A stretch of 64,000 nucleotides of DNA from Amoebidium appalachense. Lineage: Eukaryota > Protista > Ichthyosporea. The DNA lies in contig CAVNZM010000010.1 in assembly GCA_963693365.1 (NCBI GenBank), positions 7,317,794-7,381,793 of the forward strand, read 5' to 3'. Each line of letters begins with the position of its first letter. Positions within the stretch are counted from its first letter, which is position 1. Under the pieces are notes generated by a model. It had not been told where the DNA came from. It saw only the letters and a program-made list of their open reading frames with translations, and ran no database searches. Positions 23,701-36,182 of this stretch are shown one piece after another. The position numbers and the translations under genes are program-made.

Positions 23701-25941
23701 ACGTAGATATAGCAATCCGGAGAGAGAGTCCCATGCTATCTTTTGGGCAGTCTCACAGGCATGGAGGTATATACTCGCAGGCAGGACGTTTGAGGTCTAC
23801 ACCGACCACAAGCCCTGCCTAGCCATGGCCGGCACCACTCGTCTGGTCAATGAGAGGATGCAGAAGTGGGCCGCGGCTCTCGGTGAGTTCTCCTATAAAT
23901 TGTTTTATGCCAAGGGTGAAACAATGGTTGACTGTGATGCTCTCTCTCGTGCTGCTTATATTTTGTTTGAAGAAGAGAAGGAGGGGGAGGGGGGGATAGT
24001 GAGAGACGGGGGGGGAGGGGGGGAAGAGGGGGGAGAGTGAGCAGAAAGGAATAGATGCTGTGTCTGTGGATGTGTCTTCTTGGGTTCCGGGGTTGCTTGC
24101 TTATAAGTGTAGGGGAGGGGGGGGGAGGTATTTGTCAGTGTCTGAGGTCGGGACCGAGTCTCATGGCTCGGCCCCTGCCTTAGCACCTACGGCTTTGATC
24201 TTAGCGCAGGAGGAAGATGTGTTGATTGGTCTGGTTAAGAATTATTTAAAGGGGCCGGTTGATTCGATTAAATTTAAAAATAAAAGGCAGATGATTAAAG
24301 TAGCTAAGTTAGCAAAAATGTGTCAGGTAGAGCAGGATTTAGTTTATCATTGTTCTGGGCCAGACGGACACCGAGTTTGGGTCCCGACGGCACTTGTGCC
24401 TGAGGTTTTGCATATGGTGCATGAGCATCCCATGGCTGGTCATTTAGGTGTAAATAGGACGTTGCTTCGTGTTAATCGTTCGTATTTTTGGCCGGGTATG
24501 AGTAGGGAGGTGAGGGATTATGTGTTGTCATGCATGCATTGTCAGGAAAGGAATGAGAGTCCCCACTCTCGTTCCCGCCCGTCGTTTTTAGGGATTTTAA
24601 TGTTCGTATGTTTGAAAGGGTAGCAGTGGATGTGGTCGGTCCTTTTAATTCTACGGTTGAGGGTAACACTGTTCTTGTTACCGTCACCGATGTGGCCACT
24701 CGTTGGGTTGAAGTTTTTCCTCTCCCCACTGCTAATGCCGTTTTGTTTGCTCGTATTTTTTGGATGAAATTTGTCTTAGGTTTGGTTGTCCTCGTGTTTT
24801 GTTAACGGATAGGAGTCGTGTGTTTTTAAATCAGTTGGTGTCGGAGGTGTGTAAAATTTTAAGGGTAGCTCATATCACTACGTCTGCCTATCACCCTCAA
24901 GCAAATGCCATCTCTGAACGTGTGCATGCAGTGTTTCAGAAGTCCTTTGGCAAAATGGTGGATGTGGAGGCTAATGATTGGGATCATATGTCTAGGTTTA
25001 TTGCTCATTCGTATAATTCTACCCCTCATGCTGTGACTGGTTTTTCTCCGTTTTATTTGGTCTATGGGCAGGAGGCTATTAGTTTGTTAGATACGGCACT
25101 TTTGCCGATGGGGGGGGCTGACCGACTAACCTATCCCCACTGGACTGAGTTCCGGGAGCAGCTACTAACCCGGGCCCGGGCTGCACGTGATGCAGCTCTG
25201 GCCCGTACACAGCAGGCACAGACACGTGCAGACGTGTCCACACGTCCGTTACGTGAATTTGCCGAGGGTACTTTAGTTTTAATTAGGGATCATACTAGGA
25301 AAAAGAGATATAAGCAGGAGCAGGAAGGTAAGGGTGAAGGTGAAGTTCTTCGTAAGTATGGTAAGAAATGCAAGTTGCCTCTTTTCATTGGCCCGTATAA
25401 AATAGTGGCTAGGTTAGGTCCGACGGAATACAAGGTGCAGAGGTTAGATAATGAGAGTGATGTTAGATTTTATGATGTAGATGATATAAAGGAATATTAT
25501 GATAGGGCCCTTAGGGTTAAACGGCCGGAGGGCCGTCGAGTGTTAGATGCATTCACCCCCGACTATGACGGGTCGGTGGATGTATCGGAGGCTGCAGTAG
25601 ATAAAATTATGGATAAAAAGGTTATCGAAGGTAAGGAAGGTAAGGTAAATTATTATTTAATTCGTTTTGAGGGAGGTTATCAGGAAGATCAGTGGTTGCC
25701 TGAGTTTCATTTGGATTGCCCGTTTTCTATTCGTGCTTATGAGGCTAGATTAGTGCAGAGGGAATTGCCTAGTGCTCCCTCTCGGCCAAAGAGAGTTATT
25801 CCTCAGTTTAATCGTGGTGTGAAAAAGTCGGTGGGGGAGGGGGCCGGGGGGGGAGTGATGCAAATACACGTAGACACACGGGGGGAGGGGGAGGGGGGGA
25901 GGAGACCGAGGAGGAGTGTGAACGTAGTCGTAGGAATTTAA
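20748..25941 (+). pseudogene. pol: Gypsy pol (protease, RT, RNase H, integrase, chromodomain), broken by several frameshifts
   Basis: LLDGGAQVN protease (ORF 21266-22228); SPWRSPVLLVKKPDGSWRLVNDYR...YLDD RT (22074-23213); CDAS, YTDHKP and DALSR RNase H (23216-24040); H-H-C-C zinc finger (24060-24623); integrase core, GPY motif and chromodomain VDKIMDKK...YYLIRFEG...DQWLPEFHLDC (24608-25941). Many breaks are at or near homopolymers, so some may be assembly errors. Confidence 0.93.
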
Positions 25942-26125
25942 TTTATTATCATAGGTGTCTCCGTAGGTATCAAGCTTATGGTGTAGATTAATTTATTATT
26001 TTTCTTCGTAATTTATTTAATGTTAATTTTTTTTTTGGAGACTGATTAGTCTATGTCTTTTTAGGGGGTGTTAGATGTAATGTGACTGAGGAGGGACTCA
26101 GCTTTTCCGGGGGCCGGGGGGGAGT

Positions 26126-26844
26126 TGACATATACTAATCCGTCTCAGCAGATTAGCCTAAGTCTACGATCGAGATCGGGGGGGGGGGGGGGGGGGGGGG
26201 GGGCCGGGTCCACAGATCATCAAGATCAAGTCCGGGGCCTCAAGATAGCTGTACAGCTGCGTGCATCTTGCCTCTGCCGGCGCAGGGCATTGGACCACGT
26301 CAGCCGGGACAGCCGTCCAATAGAATTCTAATTAGACATGTGTAGGATAGATCGTAGGAGGACTTAGGAATGTGATTGTTCGGGCAGAAGCCCTTTTGTA
26401 AATATTGGCAAGGTTTGATAGTATATGTTGCCAAACGTATTTATATGTTTCGATGTAGAGGAAAGGGGGGAGGGAGGGGGGGGGGAGGATAGTATGAAAT
26501 GTAGATTTAGACTCTGCGGTGCCACTAGGGGGAGGGTGAGGGGTGAGACATGGATAAATATATTAGTTGAGTAGATCGACTTAGCTCGTGCAGGCGCACG
26601 ATAAAAGTAGATCGGAATGTTAATGGAATGTGGCATCGTAGGGGGCCAGGTGATGATGATCTTTGAGGGCACGGCCTTGATGGCCTCAGTCGTAACTTAG
26701 ACTCAATCCGTACGGATCTAAGTTTGCCCGTCGGAGCCTGGTCTTAATAAACTTTACCGTTTTTCTGTACACGTTCGTTCCTTTTCGTGTGGGTACACTT
26801 AGTAGAGTGCCGCGTCTCTAGTACACATACATTAGGATACGACA
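26126..26844 (+). repeat. Gypsy 3' LTR (719 bp)
   Basis: Direct repeat of 12101-12819, preceded by the PPT and followed by TSD CCCTC. Confidence 0.95.
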
Positions 26845-26847
26845 CCC

Positions 26848-29706
26848 TCAGCCTGCCCAGGAACCGGGGGTGTCGTCCAGACGAAATGCTTGCATAGTAT
26901 TACGCCACGGTCGCACCCCGCGCGGGAAAATCACCTCAGAGGGGCGCAGAGGCACACTTGCCGAAGCCAAAAATGACGGGCCACCACGACGCCGTATCCC
27001 ACACTGGAACGACGAGGATGCCCGCTGCACCTTCCCGCTGCAGCTTGGCCACCGTTCGCTTGATCAGCGGGAACGGAGGCGCCCACCAGCTTGGTGCCGT
27101 CCACGGCACCGCCAACCCGTCTGCCATCCCACCGGGGGCCCCTGCCTGGGCCCACACATTAAACTCGGCCTTCACTGCCGAGGTGTGGGTGGCAAACCGA
27201 TCGACTTCGGGCTGCATGCCCAGCAGCCACTCAACCCGCTCGACTGCCTCCGGCATGACTTGCCATTCATGCCGGGGGTCCACCCGCGATAGCCAATCTG
27301 CTCGGTCGTTGAGCTCACCCGGGATGTCGGCCACCTCCTGTGGCCAAGGCAACCCGTGGTCGAGGCACAACTGCAGAAGCTGCCACAGAATGCGCTGCAT
27401 CGAGGCGCTGCCGCTGCCCTTTTTCCGCACGGCCCCAAGGGCCGCCTGGGCATCGGCTTGCCACTGCACCCGCTGCCCACGGAGGGCTTCCTGCAGGGCA
27501 GGGCTCTGATAGGCCTCCAACAGGCCCTCACACTCCGCAATCGCCGCCGCCCGCAGAGCGTCGTCGGCTGCCCACCTGCCCGCCGCCTCAAGCGCAGGGG
27601 CAGGGGATCCCACCACTTGAAGCACGGCCCCCCAGCCGTGTGTGGTGGCGGCATCCGTGATGAGCGTAGCCGTGACCGGGTTGGGCCATATCTCCGCCCG
27701 AGGCAACCGGCCAATGAACAGTGGGGCGTCCGACCGATAATCCGTAACTGACGCCCCGAAAGCCGAACGAAACTGCGCCAATTTCCCCCGCGTAGGGCGG
27801 CATACACTGGCCGCACCAACGTCAGCACGTGGGGAGTGGCAGCCCGCACACTCATGACCACTCCCCCAACCACCGGGCGACTTGCTTCTTTTCCACCCAT
27901 CGCTTGCCCTTGCGAGCCTTGGCCATCACCCGCTTGGTCTCCTCCACCAGCTTCTCCATAGAGGTGGCGGTAGGGGCCAACACACCCGCGGCAAGGTCGA
28001 CATGGATGCCTAGATGGTCGAGATGGTCGGTGGGCTCCCACTGGCCCTTCTCCGTATTTCGGCTCAGGCCCGTTGCACAGCACCGCAAGTTTGCAGCGCC
28101 TTTAGCGGCCGTTCGACGACCAACCAGTCGTCCAAGAACGCTAACGTGCGCACACCGCGCCGGTGAAGACGCCGACTGAACTCCTTCATGAGCCGCGTGA
28201 AGTAGTATGGGCTGAGGGAATAGCCGAAAGGCAGCACAGTGTACTGGTACAGCTGGCCGCCAACCCGAATCTGAAAATATTTACGCCACCGTGGCGCAAT
28301 TGCCAGCGCAAAGTAGCCGTCCTCCAGGTCGAAACTGAAGCCGTGGTCACCTGGCTGAGCAATGACCTGCAGGTCACTGAGCGTCTCATACTTGAGGCCC
28401 CGCTGTACGGCATACTCATTCACTGGGCGCATGTCGATTATCAGCCGCACTTTACCGTTTGGTTTCCGCACCCCAAACGTGGTCAACTCGGACACGCAAT
28501 GCTTCCTGGACTCGTCGATGGGTTCAAGTGCGCCCTTACCCACTAAACGCGCAACTTCCACCAACGCCTGTAAAATTTTATAAGTATTTGAGACGGAAGC
28601 AGAGACACAGTGGTGCAGTGTGAAAACACCACAGACACACACAACAACAAAACACGGAACGATCGGAGCAGTGTACACAACAGACATCAATGTTTAGCCA
28701 CGACTGAACTCAATTTATTCTGATCTTCGAATAAATACCTGAAATTCCTCTAAGTCTAATCCATACATGATTTCCGACCAGTCGGAAATCAGATCTATCT
28801 CTAATAGAAACCAATCACTAAGAACCAATTGCTTTCAGAGAGATCTGGTACGCGGAGACGTACACGATAGGACACAGACACTAGTTAAGATCAACTCGTG
28901 TCATCATCAAGGAAGTTCTAACCTAGGACACACTGCAAAGACTCAGACATATCACACTTAACCTTGATGATTGGTTAAAGCCCGGCAACACATGAAAACT
29001 AAAGTAAATTAATGAAGTCTAATCACACATTTTATTCTAAGTGTAGCCTAAGTGTGTTACCGTCCAATGAACACGTATTAAGTAACACAAATCTACCTAA
29101 CATATATTAGTAGAAAAGAAATACGATTATACACATGAAGACAAGGAGAGAAAGAAAAGAAAATAAGGAAGGATAAAGAGAAAGGAAAAGAGAGCACAGA
29201 TCAACAAACAAGATAGTAATAGCATAACTATAACCAGAGATATTTATGTACACACAAACATGTACACGTCTCTCCCTGAGTGGGTGGATCCGTGTACACA
29301 TAAATATTCTAATCGATATCACAATACACGATTGGAGCCGATACAACACGATTACAAGTATACAAGCATATCGGAGATCGATGCTACACTTTACATAATA
29401 GGAGTGTGGCATTTACACTAAGCATATGAACTGAAACATAACACAAACTGAGAAGATCTTACCATATGTAAATATTACGTATTACAACAACGCCTCCTCC
29501 TCCGAAACTTCGCCCAAGTCTAGGTACCTCCCCATGTCGTGGGGAGGTGGCGGCCCAGCGCACCATTCGGGTGTGATGCCATACTTAATCCAGAAGAGCA
29601 CGTCCTTGGCTGCTCCACCGCGCGCCCACTCATCATGGCACGCACGCACCCGTTGATAGAGCGGTGCAGGTGCTACCCCACCCACTGGCTTACTGGGAGC
29701 ACACAT
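26848..29706 (-). pseudogene. DIRS-type RT-RNase H-DNA adenine methyltransferase-like ORF, interrupted by a solo LTR and frameshifts
   Basis: N-terminus PVGG...EW...FWIKYG (29706-29495) joins in frame to VEVARLVGKGALE after LTR removal. RT motifs: KPNGKVRLIIDMRPVN, FDLEDGYF, LPFGYSLSPYYFT, FLDD, NTEKGQWEPT..LDHLG. RNase H motifs: TDAATTHGWGA, ECEG, QADAQAA, IPGELNDRADWLSR. MT domain: VDRFAT...DGLAVPW...WWAPPF...ILVVPVW...WWP. Confidence 0.88.
28569..29489 (-). mobile_element. Solo LTR (921 bp), probably from a copia family related to the 14359-20742 element
   Basis: TGT...ACA ends, 5-bp TSD ACGCC (28564-28568 and 29490-29494), AT-rich. Excision restores EEEALVEVARL in the host RT. The first ~100 bp resemble the copia LTR start (GGAAGCAGAGACACAG...AAAACAC..CACAGACACAC...GGAACGAT). 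Confidence 0.88.
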
Positions 29707-30033
29707 AACCGGCCGCCCCCGCACAGACCACTGCTGCCGGGGCCCACACTAGGACTAGAGAGCAGCACACGTTGCTGCTGTACATGCTCACGCGAGCAGC
29801 CCACACGGGCTAACGTTGCCAGACGTGCCTAGGTGCTTATAGCTACACAAACAACCCCAAAACACAACCCCACTTGGGTTTTGCAAAAACTCATGAGCGC
29901 ATCCGGTCTCAATGATCTGCGGTTCCTGGGCCTATTATTATAGCTAAAGTCTAGGGACCTACACGACTGACTATAGCGCTCACTGCGCTCAAAAGCTTTG
30001 GTCTTGGTCACTAGACCGGCCTCACTAACGCGC

Positions 30034-30177
30034 GAAGCGGCGAGGAAAAGACTGTTTGAGAGAAGCGAAAAACACGACTTTTATAGTCGCTTTTACAGGA
30101 AGAGATGTGTGATGCCGATCATCACACCTTCTTCTTCCGATTGGTGGATAAAATGAGTATTTACCAAATATATCATT
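30034..30177 (-). repeat. Split direct repeat A1 (5' end and promoter) of the DIRS-like element
   Basis: Matches 11862-12011, ends at ATT 30175-30177, and carries CCAAT and TATA on the minus strand pointing into the ORF. Confidence 0.85.
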
Positions 30178-30324
30178 GACAACTAGAAGGCAAATTCCTT
30201 CCCCTTTTTCCTGGCATTCACCTTGCGCTTATACTACACTACGCCTCAAACTCCAAAATATCCCCCCCCCCCCCTCCCCCCCCCCCCCCCCCCCCCCCCC
30301 CTCCCCCCTCCCCCCCCCCCTTCC

Positions 30325-30355
<31 letters not shown>

Positions 30356-31867
30356 AACAAAAAAAACAAAAAAAAAAAAACTTCCTGCACAAGTTTACGT
30401 TCCTCCCACTCATAGTATGACCAATGTGGTGCTCATATAAATTGAAACCCCCTTTTCAAACTTACTTGTCTAATACCCAGGGCCCCAATTGTAACGGTTA
30501 CACCCACTTATTTTCAGAAGTTGAAGTACCAACATATGCAGAAGTCCTCGTATCATTACCTCCAGAAGGAACTTCTCCATCCCCCCTCCCCCCCCCCCCC
30601 ACCCCCACCCCCTCCCCTCCTCGCCCCCCTCTCCGCAAAGGAACGGCAGTCTGAGGAGCTATATACCCGTTAAATGTACTAATACACAGATAGAATAGGT
30701 TTTTAGTGAAGTTTATTTATTTATTCAGGTCAGTACGTGTCTCACCTGTTTATCGTAGGCACCAGGCCGTGTACTTGAATGTAGAGGGCTTGGCGCCTGA
30801 AGGGATGTTGATGTGCAGCTGAAGTAGAGCGGAAATTGAGCTTATATAGTACTTGAGGAGCTAGGTGACTACTTGGATATCGCTATACGTAAAGTAGGCA
30901 GGTGCCTAAATGACCTAAACTAGGCGCTTTATATACTAGTCGAGCGGGGCGTCATCTATCCTGAATTTCTAGGCTAGACCCGATAACGATTCCTATTGGC
31001 TAAGACTATTAGATCTAACTATAAATAGCTATATTGCCGATTCATTCTATCGAATCACAACGCGCGGCTCGCATTCCTTCTACTTGATGGAGTCCGGCAT
31101 TCCATGCTAAGGCACTAACTCAACATCCTTTCATACAAACATTTCATATGTACATGGGGGCTACGAATCTCGTATAGAATACAACACTATGTTATTATTA
31201 ACTATGTGCAATACTAGAGATATATATAATGAATTACAATTTTCAATGAATATTGAAGTATATGCTGTAGTACGTTACTTTTCCCGGGAGATTTCCAGCC
31301 GATCTGTGATTGGCTGTTGTTCCTTATCAGTGCGCCCAAAGGCTCACAGCCAAGTTGAGGTGCACCAATAGATAACTTGGATCGGTGATTGTTTACATTT
31401 CATATATTACGATGAGCTTTTTATATTACGTAATTTGCTGTGCGCGTTCACATAGAGCTTTCGCTAGATAAAGCTCTTTATTTCTTTATGCTGTTCCTGG
31501 AGGGCTATAATTAGAATCCAAGGATACTTCAAGGATATGCTCAGGCTCTTTTTTATTGGCTAAGAGCATTACTGGGATACTCCAAGGCTGTAGGGGGTCG
31601 TTCTTATTGCTCCGACCGAAATAGCGTGAAGGGTTTTTTTTAGATGTTGGTCATTAGCATACGTGATAGTGAACCAATAGCATGCTTTCCGTCAGATCCT
31701 TTAGATCTCCGCTCTGCGCGAGTACATGAGCATGTACGTAAGTGTACAGATATGCATTTAGAGCACAACGACATATGTAAAAGACTATTTCGACACACTT
31801 ATAGTTTATATTTTAAAATCATTTGCATATTAGCATACATAATTATTGACTACTTTGCGTCTCTCTC

Positions 31868-31958
<91 letters not shown>

Positions 31959-32151
31959 CCACCACCACCACCACCAAACCTCCTCTCCGCATCCGGGAGA
32001 CCGAGAAACTTCTAGTAGCTGGTTTCCAAAAAGGGAGTGGGCCGTTATACCAATACGGTGGGCCTGAAGGCAAATGTCAGCTCCATGGTTCAAACACTTG
32101 TGTGTACTGCCTGGTGTAGTTTTATTGAATTGCCTGTAACGTCCCCCCTTC

Positions 32152-32193
<42 letters not shown>

Positions 32194-32259
32194 AACCGGC
32201 CGCCGCCGCCTCTTCGCTATTGTCTCTTTGTGTATCATCCTTTTTGTGCGTGTGCGTGC

Positions 32260-32350
<91 letters not shown>

Positions 32351-32685
32351 ACGTGCGTGCGTGTTCCGTGGCTCAAACATGTGTTTTGCTTGGTTTCCTT
32401 TTTAACAGTCCGTAGCCTTCACCCCTTCCTGCCCTCTCCCATTTCCCTCTCCGTGTATGCCTCCCTCCCTCTCCCCCCCCCCCCCCCCCCCCTTCTTTTT
32501 TTGGTATGTGTGTGCCTATGTCTGCTGTCCGTGTGTGTATGCGTGTGTGCGTGCACGTGCCGCACGTGTGTGTGCACTTTCCTTTGGTGTTTAAGGGTAG
32601 ACGTTGGTGGTGGGAAGGGGAGAGGGAGAGGGAGTAGGAAGGGGGAGGAGGAGAGGTGAAGGGGAGGATGGGGGGATGGGGGGAA

Positions 32686-32722
<37 letters not shown>

Positions 32723-32827
32723 GGGGATGTACGTGGGTGGGTGGGTGGGTTTGTGCGTGGAGAGGGGAGGGGGAAGGGGAGGGGGAGGGGGGAACGGGGG
32801 AGTGGGGGAAGGTGGGGGAGGGGCGGG

Positions 32828-32896
<69 letters not shown>

Positions 32897-33014
32897 ATAT
32901 ATACCGTAGTCACGTCCGGAAAAATTAGGCTGCTTCTACATAAAAGTGGGTGCTTTTTTCCTTTCTTTCATTCTTTCTTTCTTTCTTTTTTCTTTTTTTT
33001 TTTTTTTTTTTCGT

Positions 33015-33053
<39 letters not shown>

Positions 33054-33263
33054 GGGGTGGAGGAGGATTCATATCATCCCCCCCTACCTCATCATCGACA
33101 CACACTCACATAAGTTCATACACACACACACACACACAGGTATGCATTGCAGAAAAAAGCGAGAGCACACATATCAAACAGATTCACACACACACACACA
33201 TCATCACAGACCAACATGTACTATACGGGCGCGCGCGCGCACACACACACACACACGCACACA

Positions 33264-33298
<35 letters not shown>

Positions 33299-33323
33299 TG
33301 ACTCACACACTGACTCACACACT

Positions 33324-33358
<35 letters not shown>

Positions 33359-33361
33359 GCA

Positions 33362-33416
<55 letters not shown>

Positions 33417-34050
33417 TCACGGGCATACACACGGGGCCCCCGCGGGGGTTGGAGTAAGGGGGGGGGGGGGGGGGGGGACGGGAAGGTCTTTGTCGTTAGC
33501 TAAGACTCACTGACGAACCTCTTAGAACCCTCATATGTCCTCACAGTATGAACCTATTCCGTAGCAGATCACCACCACCATCCCCCAAACCACACCCATG
33601 TCCACCAAAAGCACCACCACAATCACAACACCACACCATAAACGCTTGAGGCTCAGCATCGCAGTTGAACCAATGACCAACGAGAGCTCTTGTTTGAACT
33701 TTATTAATGGGTTTTGGGTGGAAGGGATGCATGGTGCTTCCCACTAGCGTGGCTGGGGCAAATGCCCTGTGCTGGTGATAATAGTACTGTAGCCAGGATT
33801 GATGAAGATGTATGGCTTAGCTGAATGCACCATTAACACCCTTATCTAGGGTACAGTCGGTTCTAAATAAAAGCGGTAGTTCCTGTGACTGACACATTGG
33901 GGTTTCCTCCGGGGCAGACCGCGATAAATTGATTCTATTGAATAAATTCAAATAAAATTCCCCTACTCCAAAACGGCTGCTCCCAGCACAAGCACACACT
34001 GCCTCCTGCGCTAGTAGGGTAAAAAATAATGGGTTGGGTGAGGTTACGGG

Positions 34051-34085
<35 letters not shown>

Positions 34086-35313
34086 TACACTGATATATCA
34101 TAGTATGGGAACATATGGGTCCACCGGAGGGGAAGGTCGGGTGGGTTAAGGGGTGAAGAGTGGACATGTCTATTATTTTTTCTGAAAATGAACTTTTTTT
34201 TTTCGTACTGGTGATGGTCGTGGTGGTGGGGTTGTAAAGTGATCATAAGGTGTGTGCGCATTTAGTTGATTGGTTCGTTCATTTCGGGGGTGGGGGTGGG
34301 GGTGGGGAGGGGGGGGGGGGGGTGGGAGGGCCGGGAGGAAGGGGATGGAGGGTCCCTGAGGGGGCAGGTGGCGGGGGGCGGGAGGGGGGGGAGGGGCAGC
34401 TGGTGGGGGAGGCAGGGAGGGGGGAGGATGGGAGGGCCGGGATGTGGGGATGTGTGGGCTCCGGAGGGGGGGGGGGAGGGGGGGGGGGGGGGGGGGGGGG
34501 ACTCAGCTGGGGGGGGGTGGGGGGGGGGGGGGGGGGGGGGGGTGGGGAGGGCGGATGGGGGGGGGGGGGAGGGGGGAGGGGAAGGGGAGAGGAGGGGGGA
34601 AAAGGGATGTAAGAGCCTCGTTGAGTCTCACGGCAGACGGAGAGGACACCTCGTCACCGGGGGGAGGGAGTGGAGAGGAGGGGGGATAAGGGTGTCTCTG
34701 CATAGGGCACCTGTCAATTGGACTTGTCACAATTGAAAAAATGCCCCCTGAGCTACGTAGCAATTGCAAATACAATAGCAGTCCACGGTGATTTGGCTGA
34801 GTTGCCCAGAGCCCTCATCCATCGTGTTGTCACGTCAGAAGTTCTGTCGAAATGGAAACTGTGTGGTTGTCATGTTGTCCTACCCAATAGAATTATAGGT
34901 GCCTTCCTATACACTACGTAGCAGTGTTCAGTACAACCACCTATCACAAATACCATCAGTAGGCACCGTAATGAGCAGTAGTGAATTAACGGCATTACAT
35001 TTATTACAGTGGACTCAGGAGTGACTTTCATAAGTGTGCTGTCTTGCAGAATCAACCGTTCGTACGGTAGTAACTCCACTGCACCCGGAGCTGAAATGGA
35101 CCAAGGCAAACAGTATCGGCTGACTGTGGCCGAGAAGGTCATAGGGGTTGTTGGAGAGCACAAGGGGGCAGCAGCTGTGGTCTGTGAGTGGACTAACAGT
35201 AACAGCCAGGTAGGTCACTTGTCAGTGCAACTTGCACGGTATCACAATGTGGGGGGGGATTTCCCCAGCCCACATCCACGGTTACATTGTGATACCGTGC
35301 AAGTTGCACTGAC

Positions 35314-35358
<45 letters not shown>

Positions 35359-35946
35359 CTATGACCCCCCCCCCCCCCCCCCCCTCCCCACTCCCCCCCC
35401 TCTTCTCCTCCCCGGGCCCCCCGGCCTCCCGGGGCGCCCCCGGAACCCTTCTACATTGTTACAACTGTCACTGCAAAAGCTTTAAGCACACCCGTAAGCC
35501 ACCAACACTTTATGTGATCAGTAATCGCGAGACACTTCGGTGACTGTGTGTGTGTGTGTGTTTGCGTATGCTTGCGTGCATATGTGTGGGTGTGTGCTTG
35601 CATGTGGATGTATGCTTGTGCGTGCATGTGCGTGCATGCAGGTGCCATGCATGTGCATGGCGTGCGTGCATGGGCTGTGCGCCGGGCATGCATGCATGTG
35701 AGTGAGCACATGCGCATACATATGTGTCTGGGTATCAGTGTGTGGAGGAGAGGGGGAGGGGGGGGGGAGGTGGGGGGGTGTGTGTAGGGGGGGTGGAGGT
35801 GCAAACTGTAGCTTGGACCACTTGCTGTGGGGATATGATGTAAACTCACGTTATAAATCAACCATCTTACTGTGATCATAGTGTACCGGCGTGTCATGAT
35901 AGTAACTGCGTCATTCCCCCCAAAGGCTTTTGCATGAGGCAAGTTT

Positions 35947-36105
35947 CGAAATGCATGCCCCCCTCCCCACTTCCCTTGGGCCCCCGCCAACATTTTGCCG
36001 TTGCCTAATTAATCCGGATTCCGAAATGGATGCCCCCCTCCCCACTTCCCTTGGGCCCCCGCCAACATTTTGCCGTTGCCTAATTAATCCGGATTCCGAA
36101 ATGGA

Positions 36106-36112
<7 letters not shown>
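35947..36112. repeat. 75-bp tandem repeat, ~2.2 copies, running into a long poly-C
   Basis: CGAAATG(C/G)ATGCCCCCCTCCCCACTTCCCTTGGGCCCCCGCCAACATTTTGCCGTTGCCTAATTAATCCGGATTC repeated. Confidence 0.9.

Positions 36113-36182
<70 letters not shown>

Larger units (their letters stand above)
12101..26844 (+). mobile_element. Ty3/gypsy LTR retrotransposon (chromovirus), full length, interrupted by a copia element
   Basis: LTRs 12101-12819 and 26126-26844 (TG...CA), 5-bp TSD CCCTC (12096-12100 and 26845-26849), [18 protein letters not shown] just before the 3' LTR, domain order gag-PR-RT-RH-IN-chromodomain. Confidence 0.95.
11544..30177 (-). mobile_element. DIRS/Ngaro(PAT)-type retroelement with split direct repeats A1-ORF-B1A2-B2 (~2.96 kb after removing nested inserts)
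   Basis: A1 (30034-30177) matches A2 (11862-12011). B1 (12009-12028) equals B2 (11544-11563, ATTTTAGACACCAAACTGCT). B1 and A2 abut through an ATT that also marks both outer ends. The internal ORF encodes DIRS-type RT/RNase H/methyltransferase. Confidence 0.8.

Noticed and set aside
27172-28083. 303-aa alternative-frame ORF as the missing tyrosine recombinase
   Set aside because: No R...HxxR...Y catalytic pattern is visible, and part of it is simply the frameshifted RT connection region.
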